A DNA stretch of 64,000 bases from Arenicellales bacterium. GTDB taxonomy: Bacteria; Pseudomonadota; Gammaproteobacteria; Arenicellales; JAJDZL01. How positions within the stretch are numbered: the first letter of the stretch is position 1; the number at the start of each line of letters is the position of its first letter. The notes under the pieces are model-generated. The model had not been told where the DNA came from, did no database searches, and saw only the letters and a program-made list of their open reading frames with translations. Of the stretch, positions 17,831-27,518 are shown piece by piece. The stretch is taken from NCBI GenBank assembly GCA_951813075.1, contig OX638343.1, positions 2,103,999 to 2,167,998 on the forward strand. The letters are read 5' to 3'. The translations under genes were made by a program, and so were the position numbers.

Positions 17831-18696
17831 GTAATCAGGAAAGATTGGGCCAAGGCTTGAGCGCACTGCTTGGATCAGCTGCTACCAAAACAACGCCGAC
17901 ACCAATAGACAATGTGCGCATGATCGCTATCGAAAAGCTACAGTCGGGCGCCTATCAGCCGCGCAATGAAATAGAAGAGGAACCGTTGCGACAACTCGCG
18001 GATTCCATTGAGGCACACGGAATTATTCAACCGATCATTGCGCGCGAATCTGATAGTGGTGCTGGATTCGAGATCATTGCCGGAGAAAGAAGATGGCGAG
18101 CAGCTCAGTTGGCTGGCTTGCATGAGGTGCCGGTGATTGTCCGGACGTTGACTGACCAGTCAAGCATGGCGATGGCACTGATTGAAAATATTCAGAGAGA
18201 AGATCTGAACCCGGTTGAAGAGGCCAATATGATTAAAAGGCTGGCTGACGAATTCAGTCTCTCGCACGCTCAGATTGGGGAAAATATTGGCAAATCACGA
18301 GTCACCGTCACCAACATGCTGAGACTTTTGTCGTTGGCTGAACCCGTGCTTGAAATGCTTCAGAATCGTCAAATTGAGACCGGCCACGCTAAAGTCTTGC
18401 TTGCGTTGAGTAGGGAAGATCAGATAGATGCGGCACGAGTTGTTGTTAAAAACGCCTTGAACGTTCGAAAAACAGAAGACTTGGTTAAACGATGGGGTCA
18501 TCGCGACAGTAAGTTGGATAAAATAACGAAAACCAAGGATCCCGATATTTCCAGACTCGAACTTGAACTGTCAGAAAGGATTGGAGCAAAAGCAAATATC
18601 CATGACCGAAGTGGGAAGGGATACATCAAGATCAACTATAAAAATCTTGATGAGCTTGATGGAATACTTGAACGGATAAATCTGCAAATTAATTGA
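17827..18696 (+). CDS. parB: Chromosome partitioning protein ParB (Spo0J)
   Basis: ParB box IIAGERRWRAA, the HTH region (SHAQIGENIGKSRVTVTNMLRLL), and 289 aa in length. Confidence 0.94.
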   Translation: MSNQERLGQGLSALLGSAATKTTPTPIDNVRMIAIEKLQSGAYQPRNEIEEEPLRQLADSIEAHGIIQPIIARESDSGAGFEIIAGERRWRAAQLAGLHEVPVIVRTLTDQSSMAMALIENIQREDLNPVEEANMIKRLADEFSLSHAQIGENIGKSRVTVTNMLRLLSLAEPVLEMLQNRQIETGHAKVLLALSREDQIDAARVVVKNALNVRKTEDLVKRWGHRDSKLDKITKTKDPDISRLELELSERIGAKANIHDRSGKGYIKINYKNLDELDGILERINLQIN

Positions 18697-18709
18697 AGAC
18701 AGTACAGCT

Positions 18710-19843
18710 ATGAAAATCGCAACGAATTCGCAAATCCTCTACGCTATCAAGCTAGTCATGGTAATTGTCTCGTCGATAGTGATAACCGGATGCGCCGAAA
18801 TTGGTGGAAGGCAACTGTCATTGTTGCCATCATCCCATGTGTTGGATCCATTGGAAGTACCACCGGGTATTACACCTCTCCCGGAATCGGAGCAGTTCCA
18901 AGTTCCTGTTGATTACAATCCGTCCGATATCAGACCAGAAGATCTTCGGCCTGAACAGTTCAGAAACTATGCAACATGGCTGGAATTTGAAAAATTTAAA
19001 GAATTTCAAAGAAATGATCAGGGTATCGGCGTTGACCAGAATGAGTATCAACAAGCGGTTGCGCGCGGCGAGAGTTATTTCAAGGTGACGTTGATCAAGA
19101 CAGATCAGGATTCTACGCGGTTGCGGGTGGTTGATTCTGCAGCTTCAGTATTCAATCGATTAAGACCTGTACTCCAAGATATGGGAATCAGGGTGCACGA
19201 TGCGAACGAGGAAGAGGCTAAGTACGTTGTCTCTGGCATTCAAATCAAGAAGTTACCGACTCTGCTCCAGCGAATGGGATTTAAAGAATATAGAGGAAGA
19301 ATTGATGAGTTGCATCTGATGACGGCAAGCACCACAGAAACGCAAGTGATTGCCAAAACAGAATTCAACGTCGAGGTAAATACTGAAGGCAGCAAAGAAT
19401 TCATGACCCGGCTGAGGTTCTATCTGTTAACGAACTATCAGCAGGACGAAACCGGGACTGCACTGGCAAGCCAATCCCCGGGTAAATGGCTGACTGTCGA
19501 CGCGGGACAACAGAAGATCGTGCTCGCCGAGAATTTTGATTCAACTTGGGTTCGGGTTGGACGAACGCTGGAAGCTTCAGGAGTGAACATCGATGACTTG
19601 GATCGAAGTCAAGGGTTATATGTTGTCAGCTTCAGTAGTTTGGATAAAAAGAAAAAGAAAAAATTTCGGCTCGCATTCTGGAGAAAAAGAGAAAAAGAAG
19701 TAACGCGGAAACAGTTCAGAGTGCTGGTGTCCGACAATGGAACACAAACAAGAATTCATGTTGAGGGATCGGGAGACGATGAGTCGGATGCCGAATACGC
19801 TGAACAATTGTTGGGCATCATTTACGAACGTTTACTCACCTGA
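18710..19843 (+). CDS. BamC (NlpB)-like outer-membrane lipoprotein
   Basis: Lipobox VITGC, N-terminal LEVPPGITP motif, and two helix-grip-like halves (VFNRLRPVLQDMGIRVHDAN... and WVRVGRTLEASGVNIDDLDRSQGLYVVSF ... FRVLVSDNGTQTRIHVEG) resembling the E. coli BamC pattern. This comparison is from memory. Confidence 0.55.
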   Translation: MKIATNSQILYAIKLVMVIVSSIVITGCAEIGGRQLSLLPSSHVLDPLEVPPGITPLPESEQFQVPVDYNPSDIRPEDLRPEQFRNYATWLEFEKFKEFQRNDQGIGVDQNEYQQAVARGESYFKVTLIKTDQDSTRLRVVDSAASVFNRLRPVLQDMGIRVHDANEEEAKYVVSGIQIKKLPTLLQRMGFKEYRGRIDELHLMTASTTETQVIAKTEFNVEVNTEGSKEFMTRLRFYLLTNYQQDETGTALASQSPGKWLTVDAGQQKIVLAENFDSTWVRVGRTLEASGVNIDDLDRSQGLYVVSFSSLDKKKKKKFRLAFWRKREKEVTRKQFRVLVSDNGTQTRIHVEGSGDDESDAEYAEQLLGIIYERLLT

Positions 19844-20022
19844 ATCAGGCAAACAATCGTAATTTCAGATTGGAATCACTCTAGTCAGGATATTTAATCC
19901 GATACGGTCTTGGTATCGGCAGAGTACCTGTCCATACGGACTCTACCGCAGTAAATCCTTCGCTACATCAATCATTTCCGCAAGCCTATTTCATGAAATT
20001 ATTTCGTGATTGAATGATGAAA

Positions 20023-20066
20023 TCCATGAATTGCGATGATTTCCATGAATTGCGATGATTTCCATG
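20023..20066. repeat. 19-bp tandem repeat, 2.3 copies, intergenic
   Basis: TCCATGAATTGCGATGATT at 20023-20041 is repeated exactly at 20042-20060, followed by a partial TCCATG. Confidence 0.85.
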
Positions 20067-20124
20067 GGTGATACCATGCGAAATTCATTAACCTCGCCAT
20101 GGATATCTCGTAATCGTCAACCCC

Positions 20125-20922
20125 TCACTTTTCAACAGTTTCCCATGCCCCAAACAGGCGCGGAAGATCACCAAACCTCGCAATCAAACCCATGCCACCG
20201 ACAGTCAGCAAAACAATGAACGTTGATACGACAGCCATGACAGGTGTGTAACCATAGCGCAAGCTATTGAAAATTTTGACTGGCAACGTTTCATGGGTGA
20301 AGCCAATCAACATAAAACTGATTATGTACTCGTTAAAACTCAAAACAAAAGCAAAGAAAAAACCGAAGATCATAAATGGTCTTACGATGGGTAGAATTAC
20401 AGTTAGGTAGACTTCTGAGCGCCCCGCGCCGCAGACCCGTGCAGCGTCAATCAGATTACGATCAATGGAATCCAGACCAATCAGTATCATTACCATCGGA
20501 AGCGTGACCAAGAAAACTCCATGGCTTATGACAGCAGCATAGAGTTGTCCATAACCGCCGATCGAACTCCAAAACACAAGGAAGCCCAACGCACTGACAA
20601 CTGGAGGTAGCATAAAGGGCAGCAAACCCATACCTCTCAATATTCGCGATTGCCATCCAAGACGTCGCCAGCAGTAAAGAGCCAGTAAGAATGCGAGCAC
20701 CAGTGCGACAGAAGCAGCTCCAAGCGCGAGTATGAAACTTGTACCGACAGCAGATAGCCAGTCACTTTCAAGCGCAGCCTCGCTATACCACCGAAAAGAA
20801 AATCCCTGCGGTGGAAAGAGTAGCTGTTTCCTGGCGTTAAACGACACACCGACCACGACGACAATCGGTGCGACAAATATGATCAGTATCAATCCCAGAA
20901 ATATGTTACGAATCCTAAACAT
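20125..20922 (-). CDS. ABC transporter permease (PotC-like)
   Basis: 265 aa with 6 TM helices and a binding-protein-dependent permease architecture. Last gene of a 4-gene operon. Confidence 0.85.
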   Translation of the reverse strand: MFRIRNIFLGLILIIFVAPIVVVVGVSFNARKQLLFPPQGFSFRWYSEAALESDWLSAVGTSFILALGAASVALVLAFLLALYCWRRLGWQSRILRGMGLLPFMLPPVVSALGFLVFWSSIGGYGQLYAAVISHGVFLVTLPMVMILIGLDSIDRNLIDAARVCGAGRSEVYLTVILPIVRPFMIFGFFFAFVLSFNEYIISFMLIGFTHETLPVKIFNSLRYGYTPVMAVVSTFIVLLTVGGMGLIARFGDLPRLFGAWETVEK

Positions 20923-20925
20923 CGG

Positions 20926-21774
20926 TCAGGTGAACCTGTTCTGAAGTTTACTGATCAAAGCAATTAACGAGAGTGCTGTAACAATGAGAAAAACCGACAA
21001 GGCCGACGCGAATGGAATATTCGCCTGATATAGCGCTTGATCAGTAATGTGTACTGATATGGTCCAGTGGCGTGGTTTGCCGAGCATTATCGGTAGCACG
21101 TACGATCCCAGGGAATATATGAATGCAAGTATGAAAGCGGCAATAAGAGCGGGACGTACCGATGGCACTACGACTGTTATGACTGCCCTCAATGGTGTAG
21201 CACCCAGCATTCGGGCTGATTCAACCCATTCTTTCGGTAAGCGTGTCAAGGGTGGAAACATCACTAATACTATGAATGGTACACAAATAAAGGTCAATGC
21301 TGTCAGCAGAGCGCCAAATCCAGGCGCAAAAGCTCTCGGTGCATCTAATAAACCTAACGTATACATCCAACCGCCAATTCCCGCAGTCCGCGAAAATAAA
21401 ATACTCCAAGAGAATCCGATAATTACTTCCGAAAGTGATAACAGCGAAACCAGGAGAATCAACCACAATGTTCGCCCGCGTTTGTTCATTCTAGACATGA
21501 AATACGTAAGAATGAATCCAATAAAGAGTGCCAGTATTGAAGCGAGTGAGCACAAACCGGTGGATATCAATAGAATTTGGGTAAAGAAAGGCGAGATGAA
21601 TCGCAGATAATTATCTACCTCAAACGCCGGTTCATATAATCCTCCCGGAATTTTGTGATAGAAACTGAATGTCAGCATGATCGCGAACGGCACGAAGAAA
21701 AACAGTCCGAGTGCGACTGTTGCAAAAACACCTGGAATCGGACCAGAGCGAAATTCCGAATCGGTTTTTTTCAT
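20926..21774 (-). CDS. ABC transporter permease (PotB-like)
   Basis: 282-aa multi-TM protein adjacent to the PotC-like permease and the ATPase. Confidence 0.85.
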   Translation of the reverse strand: MKKTDSEFRSGPIPGVFATVALGLFFFVPFAIMLTFSFYHKIPGGLYEPAFEVDNYLRFISPFFTQILLISTGLCSLASILALFIGFILTYFMSRMNKRGRTLWLILLVSLLSLSEVIIGFSWSILFSRTAGIGGWMYTLGLLDAPRAFAPGFGALLTALTFICVPFIVLVMFPPLTRLPKEWVESARMLGATPLRAVITVVVPSVRPALIAAFILAFIYSLGSYVLPIMLGKPRHWTISVHITDQALYQANIPFASALSVFLIVTALSLIALISKLQNRFT

Positions 21775-22844
21775 TTTGAGTAGAGCAGACAGTGCTCCGC
21801 TGGCAGATGGACAATAACTGCGTCTCCTTCACGAAGATTGAGTTCGGTCGATAAGTTTTGCGGAGAATACGTGTGGGCAATACTTGTATTTTCGCAACGT
21901 GTGTGAATCTCAACAAGATTTCCGATGTTGCGTACAAATTCAACGGTGCCGGTCAATTGGTTTGAATCAGGTTTCCTTCCACGATTCGCGGCAAGTAGCT
22001 CTACCCTTTCTGGTCGAATTGAAACCTTGACAGGATCACCTCTTGTCAGGGATGAATCTGCGATCGATTTGATGTTCAGCTTGTTGTTTCCCAAAACTGC
22101 GCAGTTACCGTCCCATAAACAGTTAAGCATGTTTGTCGCACCAATGAAGTTTGCCACGAATTCGGTGCGCGGCTTCTCGTAAATCTCCATCGGTGGTCCA
22201 ATTTGCTCAATTGTGCCAGCTTGCATCACGACGATGAGATCAGCCAGAGTCATTGCTTCAGACTGATCGTGAGTAACGACAACTGTCGTGATATTCAAAG
22301 ACTGTTGCAAACGGCGCAATTCAATTTGCATTGTTTCACGCAGGTTTGCATCCAGTGCAGATGTCGGTTCATCCAGCAAGAAAATTCTTGGTTGTCGGGC
22401 AAGTGCCCGTGCAATGGAGACGCGTTGCAGTTCACCACCAGAGAGTTGATTGATTCTCTTGCCACCTGCATCCGGCAGGCGTATAGTTTCCAGCAATTCA
22501 TCTACACGTTCTAGCCGTTCACTTTTTGAAATTCCCGTGATTCGAAGACCGTAGGAAATATTTTCGGCTACGGACAAGTGCGGAAACAAAGCATGGGATT
22601 GAAATACCATGCCTATGTCACGTCGATGTGGTGGCAGAATCGCCAAATCATTTCCATCCAGCAGAACCTTGCCGCTGTCTGGAGATTCCAGCCCTGCGAT
22701 GATACGAAGAATGGTGGTTTTACCGCAACCGGATGGTCCCAGCAGACAGAGCAATTTACCTGCTGGGATATCCAACCAGATATCGTTCAAAGCGGTAAAT
22801 GAACCGAAATGTTTGTTTACACCTTCTATCTGTAAACGCGGCAC
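21771..22844 (-). CDS. ABC transporter ATP-binding protein (PotA/MalK-type with C-terminal regulatory domain)
   Basis: Walker A GPSGCGKTT, signature LSGGELQRV, Walker B IFLLDEP. 357 aa. Confidence 0.9.
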   Translation of the reverse strand: MPRLQIEGVNKHFGSFTALNDIWLDIPAGKLLCLLGPSGCGKTTILRIIAGLESPDSGKVLLDGNDLAILPPHRRDIGMVFQSHALFPHLSVAENISYGLRITGISKSERLERVDELLETIRLPDAGGKRINQLSGGELQRVSIARALARQPRIFLLDEPTSALDANLRETMQIELRRLQQSLNITTVVVTHDQSEAMTLADLIVVMQAGTIEQIGPPMEIYEKPRTEFVANFIGATNMLNCLWDGNCAVLGNNKLNIKSIADSSLTRGDPVKVSIRPERVELLAANRGRKPDSNQLTGTVEFVRNIGNLVEIHTRCENTSIAHTYSPQNLSTELNLREGDAVIVHLPAEHCLLYSK

Positions 22845-22881
22845 AGATCTTTATGGTGCACTGAACGCGTCAATCAGTGAA

Positions 22882-23982
22882 TTACGCCACAATCATTTCC
22901 GACCATTTCTGCGCGAGCCAATCGCCACGTTGATCATAGATATCGTAACGAGGAATAATTGGTTCAGAACTGCTCGAAACTGCTGCAAATTCATCGTCTG
23001 TCAAATCAAGTAGATCGCGTGGTACTGTTGGCGCGGTGCCGACCATGCGTGACAGTAGTGTCTGAATATCGGGTCGGCACATGAAATTCATGAAAATGTG
23101 CGATTCTTCGATCTTCTTTGACGCTCGCGATACCGCCCACAAACCAGAATCGCTGACTCCGCCTTCCTTCGTAAAGGTTGATCTAACTGGGAATCCGTCT
23201 GCGGCAGCTAATCCAGCAACATCGTGATAATATTGGCCCATTGGGATTTCCCCAGATTTCAGCGCTTGTTCGAATTGTGCTTCGTCACGATACCAAAGTG
23301 CAACATTTGGTTTCAGCTCCGCCACTTTTTCCAATGCTTGTAATTGCCCAGCTTCACTGTCAAGCAGATCGGTAGATCCGTAGAACGTTTTTGATGCAAT
23401 TTCAAGCAAAAATGAATTGGATACGAGTGCAAGCAAGCCCAAGCGTCCTTTGTTTTCCGGATTCCATAATTCATCCCAACTCTCGGGGGCGTCAGGGTAG
23501 ACGTCTGTGTTGGTTACCAATGTGGTATACCAAGCGACTGCGCCCACTCCATCCAACCTGCCATCGGGATAACGATGAACAAAATTTGACATAAGGTATT
23601 TTAAATTGGGGAGTTTGCTCTCATCAAGAGGCATCCATAACTCGGTTTTCTGTCCCTTGAGCATGGGACTTTGTGCGATCATGGACACATCAGCCGGAGC
23701 TGAACCAGCTGCTGCAGCTGCGTTTAACTGAGCCAGCCAGGCTTGACCGGTAGGTTCCGCAATAGAATCCACTACAATGCCGGTCTCCTCAGTGAATACC
23801 GGAAATATGAATTTGTCGAACGAATCCTTGAAATAACCTCCATACGCACCGACTCTTAAAGATTGATTTTGCCCAAGAGACAGCATTGGAAATCCAATTG
23901 CCGCTGAACCTGTTGTTGCAGCTAAAGCTGATAGGATAGTACGTCGGGATTTGGACTGGAGCCCTAGTTTCTTCTTCGTCAT
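22882..23982 (-). CDS. Periplasmic substrate-binding protein (PotD/PotF-type, family 1) with Tat-like signal
   Basis: The N-terminus contains SRRTILSALAATTGSAAIG, a twin-arginine-like signal. First gene of the operon. Confidence 0.8.
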   Translation of the reverse strand: MTKKKLGLQSKSRRTILSALAATTGSAAIGFPMLSLGQNQSLRVGAYGGYFKDSFDKFIFPVFTEETGIVVDSIAEPTGQAWLAQLNAAAAAGSAPADVSMIAQSPMLKGQKTELWMPLDESKLPNLKYLMSNFVHRYPDGRLDGVGAVAWYTTLVTNTDVYPDAPESWDELWNPENKGRLGLLALVSNSFLLEIASKTFYGSTDLLDSEAGQLQALEKVAELKPNVALWYRDEAQFEQALKSGEIPMGQYYHDVAGLAAADGFPVRSTFTKEGGVSDSGLWAVSRASKKIEESHIFMNFMCRPDIQTLLSRMVGTAPTVPRDLLDLTDDEFAAVSSSSEPIIPRYDIYDQRGDWLAQKWSEMIVA

Positions 23983-24656
23983 AAAATCACCCCCAAAAAC
24001 AACTTAATTGATTTTGCCATTTTATGGTATTCCATCAAAAATAGTCAAACATACAGTTCAGCCTAAAGTTTTTTTTCAAATGATGTTTGTTCATTGCATT
24101 CACGCAAATGTTATTGATCTATTCTCAATCTATCTGCCACATTTTGAACATAAATTCAAGTTCAGAAAATCGACGTAGATTTTTTCGGGGACTCAGATTG
24201 TCCAGGATTACAGGATTAATTCAGGATCACTTGAAGGAGCTACTCTTCCAAGTTCGCTTCAACGTCTTTCACGTAACAACCAGCAAGTAAGCCTTCTGGG
24301 AAAAGCAAGAAATCGAGGGTGTGACTCTGTCAAACTTCACTTACGACGGCTGATTTCAAGTATTCAATATTACGTGAGCATCTGCCACGCCCTGCAGTTT
24401 GAACCAATGAAATAGTTTAAGGACTGTTCGTCTGAGCGGCAGGCGCCACCATTGATGACTACTGAAGTGGAGATTTGTGAATCAATTCGCCTACCGAACG
24501 ATTCACATCATGAGTTGGTCAGTAACACAACGCCTGTCACGTTTGAAGATTACGGGTCAACGAATCGCTGAGTCGTTTCGTTGATAAAACTCGTGCAAGG
24601 TAGATCAACAAATTGTGCTTGATGTCAGGCAGAAACTATCGTCGAAGATAGTGCTT

Positions 24657-24971
24657 CTATTCGCTGGATTGATCGGAGGGTTGGGCACTGGGATTGTTTT
24701 TTAGCCATTCCTTATACTTTTGATACTGTTGCCACTCTTTCCAGAGCAGATACTCTTGGTAATCTTCATCAGTTTCACCAGGTTTTACACGGTTACCGCC
24801 TTGACCGAAAAAAAACAGCGGAGCACCCGATTCAGGATTACCCCCCTTTGGCGTATCAGGAATAGGTGGCCCAGCGGTGTCCTGATTAACCTGTCTATCA
24901 CCACATCCAGAGAGCGCTCCGAGCGCAAATACCGCTACGGCGAATAGAACCAAGGACGACTTTTTCGACAT
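24657..24971 (-). CDS. Small lipoprotein of unknown function
   Basis: Signal peptide with lipobox (LGALSGC), then a Pro/Gly-rich segment and a W/K/Q/Y-rich C-terminus. 104 aa. Confidence 0.5.
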   Translation of the reverse strand: MSKKSSLVLFAVAVFALGALSGCGDRQVNQDTAGPPIPDTPKGGNPESGAPLFFFGQGGNRVKPGETDEDYQEYLLWKEWQQYQKYKEWLKNNPSAQPSDQSSE

Positions 24972-25026
24972 TTATATTACTGCCTGATCAAATGTTTCGA
25001 ATAATGACTCTATGAATAGGGCGTTA

Positions 25027-25779
25027 TTATAGTGAACAATTTAAGTAGTGGCGTAGTTCGTCACCAGACTGAGAAGAATCAATCTGCCTGATCAACTGCC
25101 CGGCATAAGGTAGAATTCGATCGACGATCAAATCAACACCTGCTTCATTCGGATGAATACCGTCTCTTTGATTCAACAAAGGGTCCGTTGCGACTCCATC
25201 AAGAAAAAAGGGATAAAACAGCAACCCGAACTCTGCTGCGAGCTCCGGATAGATGCTGTCGAATTTCTCATAGTAATCGGCTCCCAGATTACGAGGCGCT
25301 TTAGCACCGAAAAATAGAATAGGAATATTTCTTGATTGTAGTTTTTTAATTATTTCGGTTAGATTGTGTCGAACAGACTCAACCGGCACCGCTCGAAATG
25401 CATCGTTGTAGCCGAGAAAAAGTATTACACCTGAATATTGGTCTGATAAAACCCAGTCGATTCGTGCAAGACCACCGTTTGTTGTATCTCCGGATATTCC
25501 CGAATTAATAATTCGTACAGGGCACCCCCTCTCATTCAGTATCTTCTGTAGTTTTGATGTGAACCCTTGCTCTGGTTTAAGTCCGTAACCGGCGATCAGA
25601 CTGTCTCCGATTGCGACAATTCTAATCGGTTCAATTTGGTCAGCGATAATTGCAGCAGGCAACATAATTGAAACAGCGACAATGAATGTCGCCACTTTGA
25701 CAATTGGTTTGCGGACCCGACAATTCATAGTCGTTGCTGCTTTAATAGAATCGACTTTAAATTCAACCAAAAAAACCAA
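25027..25779 (-). CDS. tesA: SGNH/GDSL arylesterase (acyl-CoA thioesterase I / lysophospholipase L1-like)
   Basis: Block I IVAIGDSLIAGYGL (E. coli TesA has LGDSLSAGY), block III GYNDA, and the C-terminal DGIHPN catalytic motif. A probable start is the ATG at 25728 (MNCRVRK..., with a signal peptide). Confidence 0.8.
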   Translation of the reverse strand: MVFLVEFKVDSIKAATTMNCRVRKPIVKVATFIVAVSIMLPAAIIADQIEPIRIVAIGDSLIAGYGLKPEQGFTSKLQKILNERGCPVRIINSGISGDTTNGGLARIDWVLSDQYSGVILFLGYNDAFRAVPVESVRHNLTEIIKKLQSRNIPILFFGAKAPRNLGADYYEKFDSIYPELAAEFGLLFYPFFLDGVATDPLLNQRDGIHPNEAGVDLIVDRILPYAGQLIRQIDSSQSGDELRHYLNCSL

Positions 25780-25938
25780 CGCGGGACATCAGTTGACGAT
25801 GCCCCGTGTCAGTTGACTCGGTGCGCGATGTGCTCGCATATCCGTTACTTGAAAACCTAACGGAATACAAACTCATTCAGATTACGCAATCAAGTTTTAC
25901 CTCAGGTCATTACCTGCCAATAAACAATCTGGAATCGG

Positions 25939-27501
25939 TCAATTCGATTCGGAGGACTTACCTACCACGATTGTCTTTTCAACATCGACGTTATCACCAT
26001 AGTCTTCCTGCAACCAGTTTTTGAACGACAACACCATAATGATGAGAACACCCATCAATGGCAGAGCGACAACAATGGATGCAGTCTGCAGCGGTTTCAA
26101 TCCACCGACATACATCAGGCTGAGCGAAACAGCGGCCAGGACGAACGCCCAGAAAAGACGATGCCATCGTGCAGGCTCCTGTATCTCGCCGTGCTGTTCT
26201 TCCGTTGCAACAGAAGCCAGCGTGAAGGCTGAGGAATCCAAAGTGGTGGCTCCGAAAATAAACGCGAGTACCACGAATATGATCAATACCAGCGTGCCAA
26301 GCGGCAATGCCTTGATCGTGGCAACGATCGCTTCAGGGGCGCCGGCATTCGCCAGAATATCGGAAATCGCCACAATCCCATTAAGTTCAAAGTACATGCT
26401 GGTGTTGCCGAGCACAGCGAAGAATATCCAACAACCGAACGTTCCGCCGATAACTTCAGCCACAATCAACTGTCGGATAGTTCTGCCACGGGAAATTCTT
26501 GCAACGAACAAACCCATGAAAGGGGCGTACGCGATCCACCATGCCCAATAGAATATTGTCCATCCTTCTGGGAAGCCTCCTTTCTCTATGGGGTCCATCC
26601 AGAAACTCATATAGATGAAGTTCTGGACAAGTAGTCCCACACTGTTCGTGAAAGTGCTGATCATAAAGACCGTCGGCCCGAAAAGGAAGGTGAAACCGAG
26701 CACCACAATAATCAAAATGAGATTCAGATCACTGAGTCGCTTAATGCCTTTTTCAAGACCCGAATACACGCTGAACCCAAAGATTGCGGCCCAGATGATA
26801 ACCACGACCACGTCAAGCCAGAATCCACGCGTCACGTTGAACAGGTCGGCAATTCCGGCTGAAAGCATGGGTGTTCCAAGACCCATGGATGTACCTACAC
26901 CACCGATCAGTCCGAACATGAAGAGAATATCAATGAATTTACCGATGATGCCTTCTGCGGCTTTTTTACCGATAACGCCTTCACATGCGGCTGACAATCG
27001 TAGCACTGACCGCTTGCGATTCCACAACAGATACGCAAGTGGCAAAGTAGGAATGCAATAGACCGCCCATGCAGTAAAACCCCAGTGGAACATGCCGTAC
27101 ATCGCCGCAAATTCAGCTGCTGTAGGCGTTTTGGGTTCGATGCCCAGCGGGGGACCGGAATAGTAGTATGCCCATTCGATGGTTCCCCAGTAAAGTACTG
27201 CGGCACCGATACCAGCACAGAAAAGCATTGCAATCCAGCTTGGAAGTGCAAATTCCGGTTCTGCGTCTGGACCACCGAACTTGACATGTGCATATCGTCC
27301 CATGGCAAAATACACCAGTATGCCGAAAGCAGCGATGGTAAACCACAGATAAGCCCAACCGAGGTTGCCGGTGGTGACACCTAGCAACCCACCGAGAAAT
27401 TCTTGGCTTGCTGTTTCATCAATGATTAAGGGAATTACCAAGCCGCCAATTACGATCAACGAGACCCAGAAAATAGTTTTGTCAATTTGAGGACCTTTCA
27501 T
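25939..27501 (-). CDS. BCCT-family (betaine/carnitine/choline) secondary transporter
   Basis: 520 aa with 12 TM helices and the hallmark segment WTIFYWAWWIAYAPFMGLFVARISRGRTIRQ. Confidence 0.93.
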   Translation of the reverse strand: MKGPQIDKTIFWVSLIVIGGLVIPLIIDETASQEFLGGLLGVTTGNLGWAYLWFTIAAFGILVYFAMGRYAHVKFGGPDAEPEFALPSWIAMLFCAGIGAAVLYWGTIEWAYYYSGPPLGIEPKTPTAAEFAAMYGMFHWGFTAWAVYCIPTLPLAYLLWNRKRSVLRLSAACEGVIGKKAAEGIIGKFIDILFMFGLIGGVGTSMGLGTPMLSAGIADLFNVTRGFWLDVVVVIIWAAIFGFSVYSGLEKGIKRLSDLNLILIIVVLGFTFLFGPTVFMISTFTNSVGLLVQNFIYMSFWMDPIEKGGFPEGWTIFYWAWWIAYAPFMGLFVARISRGRTIRQLIVAEVIGGTFGCWIFFAVLGNTSMYFELNGIVAISDILANAGAPEAIVATIKALPLGTLVLIIFVVLAFIFGATTLDSSAFTLASVATEEQHGEIQEPARWHRLFWAFVLAAVSLSLMYVGGLKPLQTASIVVALPLMGVLIIMVLSFKNWLQEDYGDNVDVEKTIVVGKSSESN

Positions 27502-27518
27502 GTTTTCTACCTCTCAAT

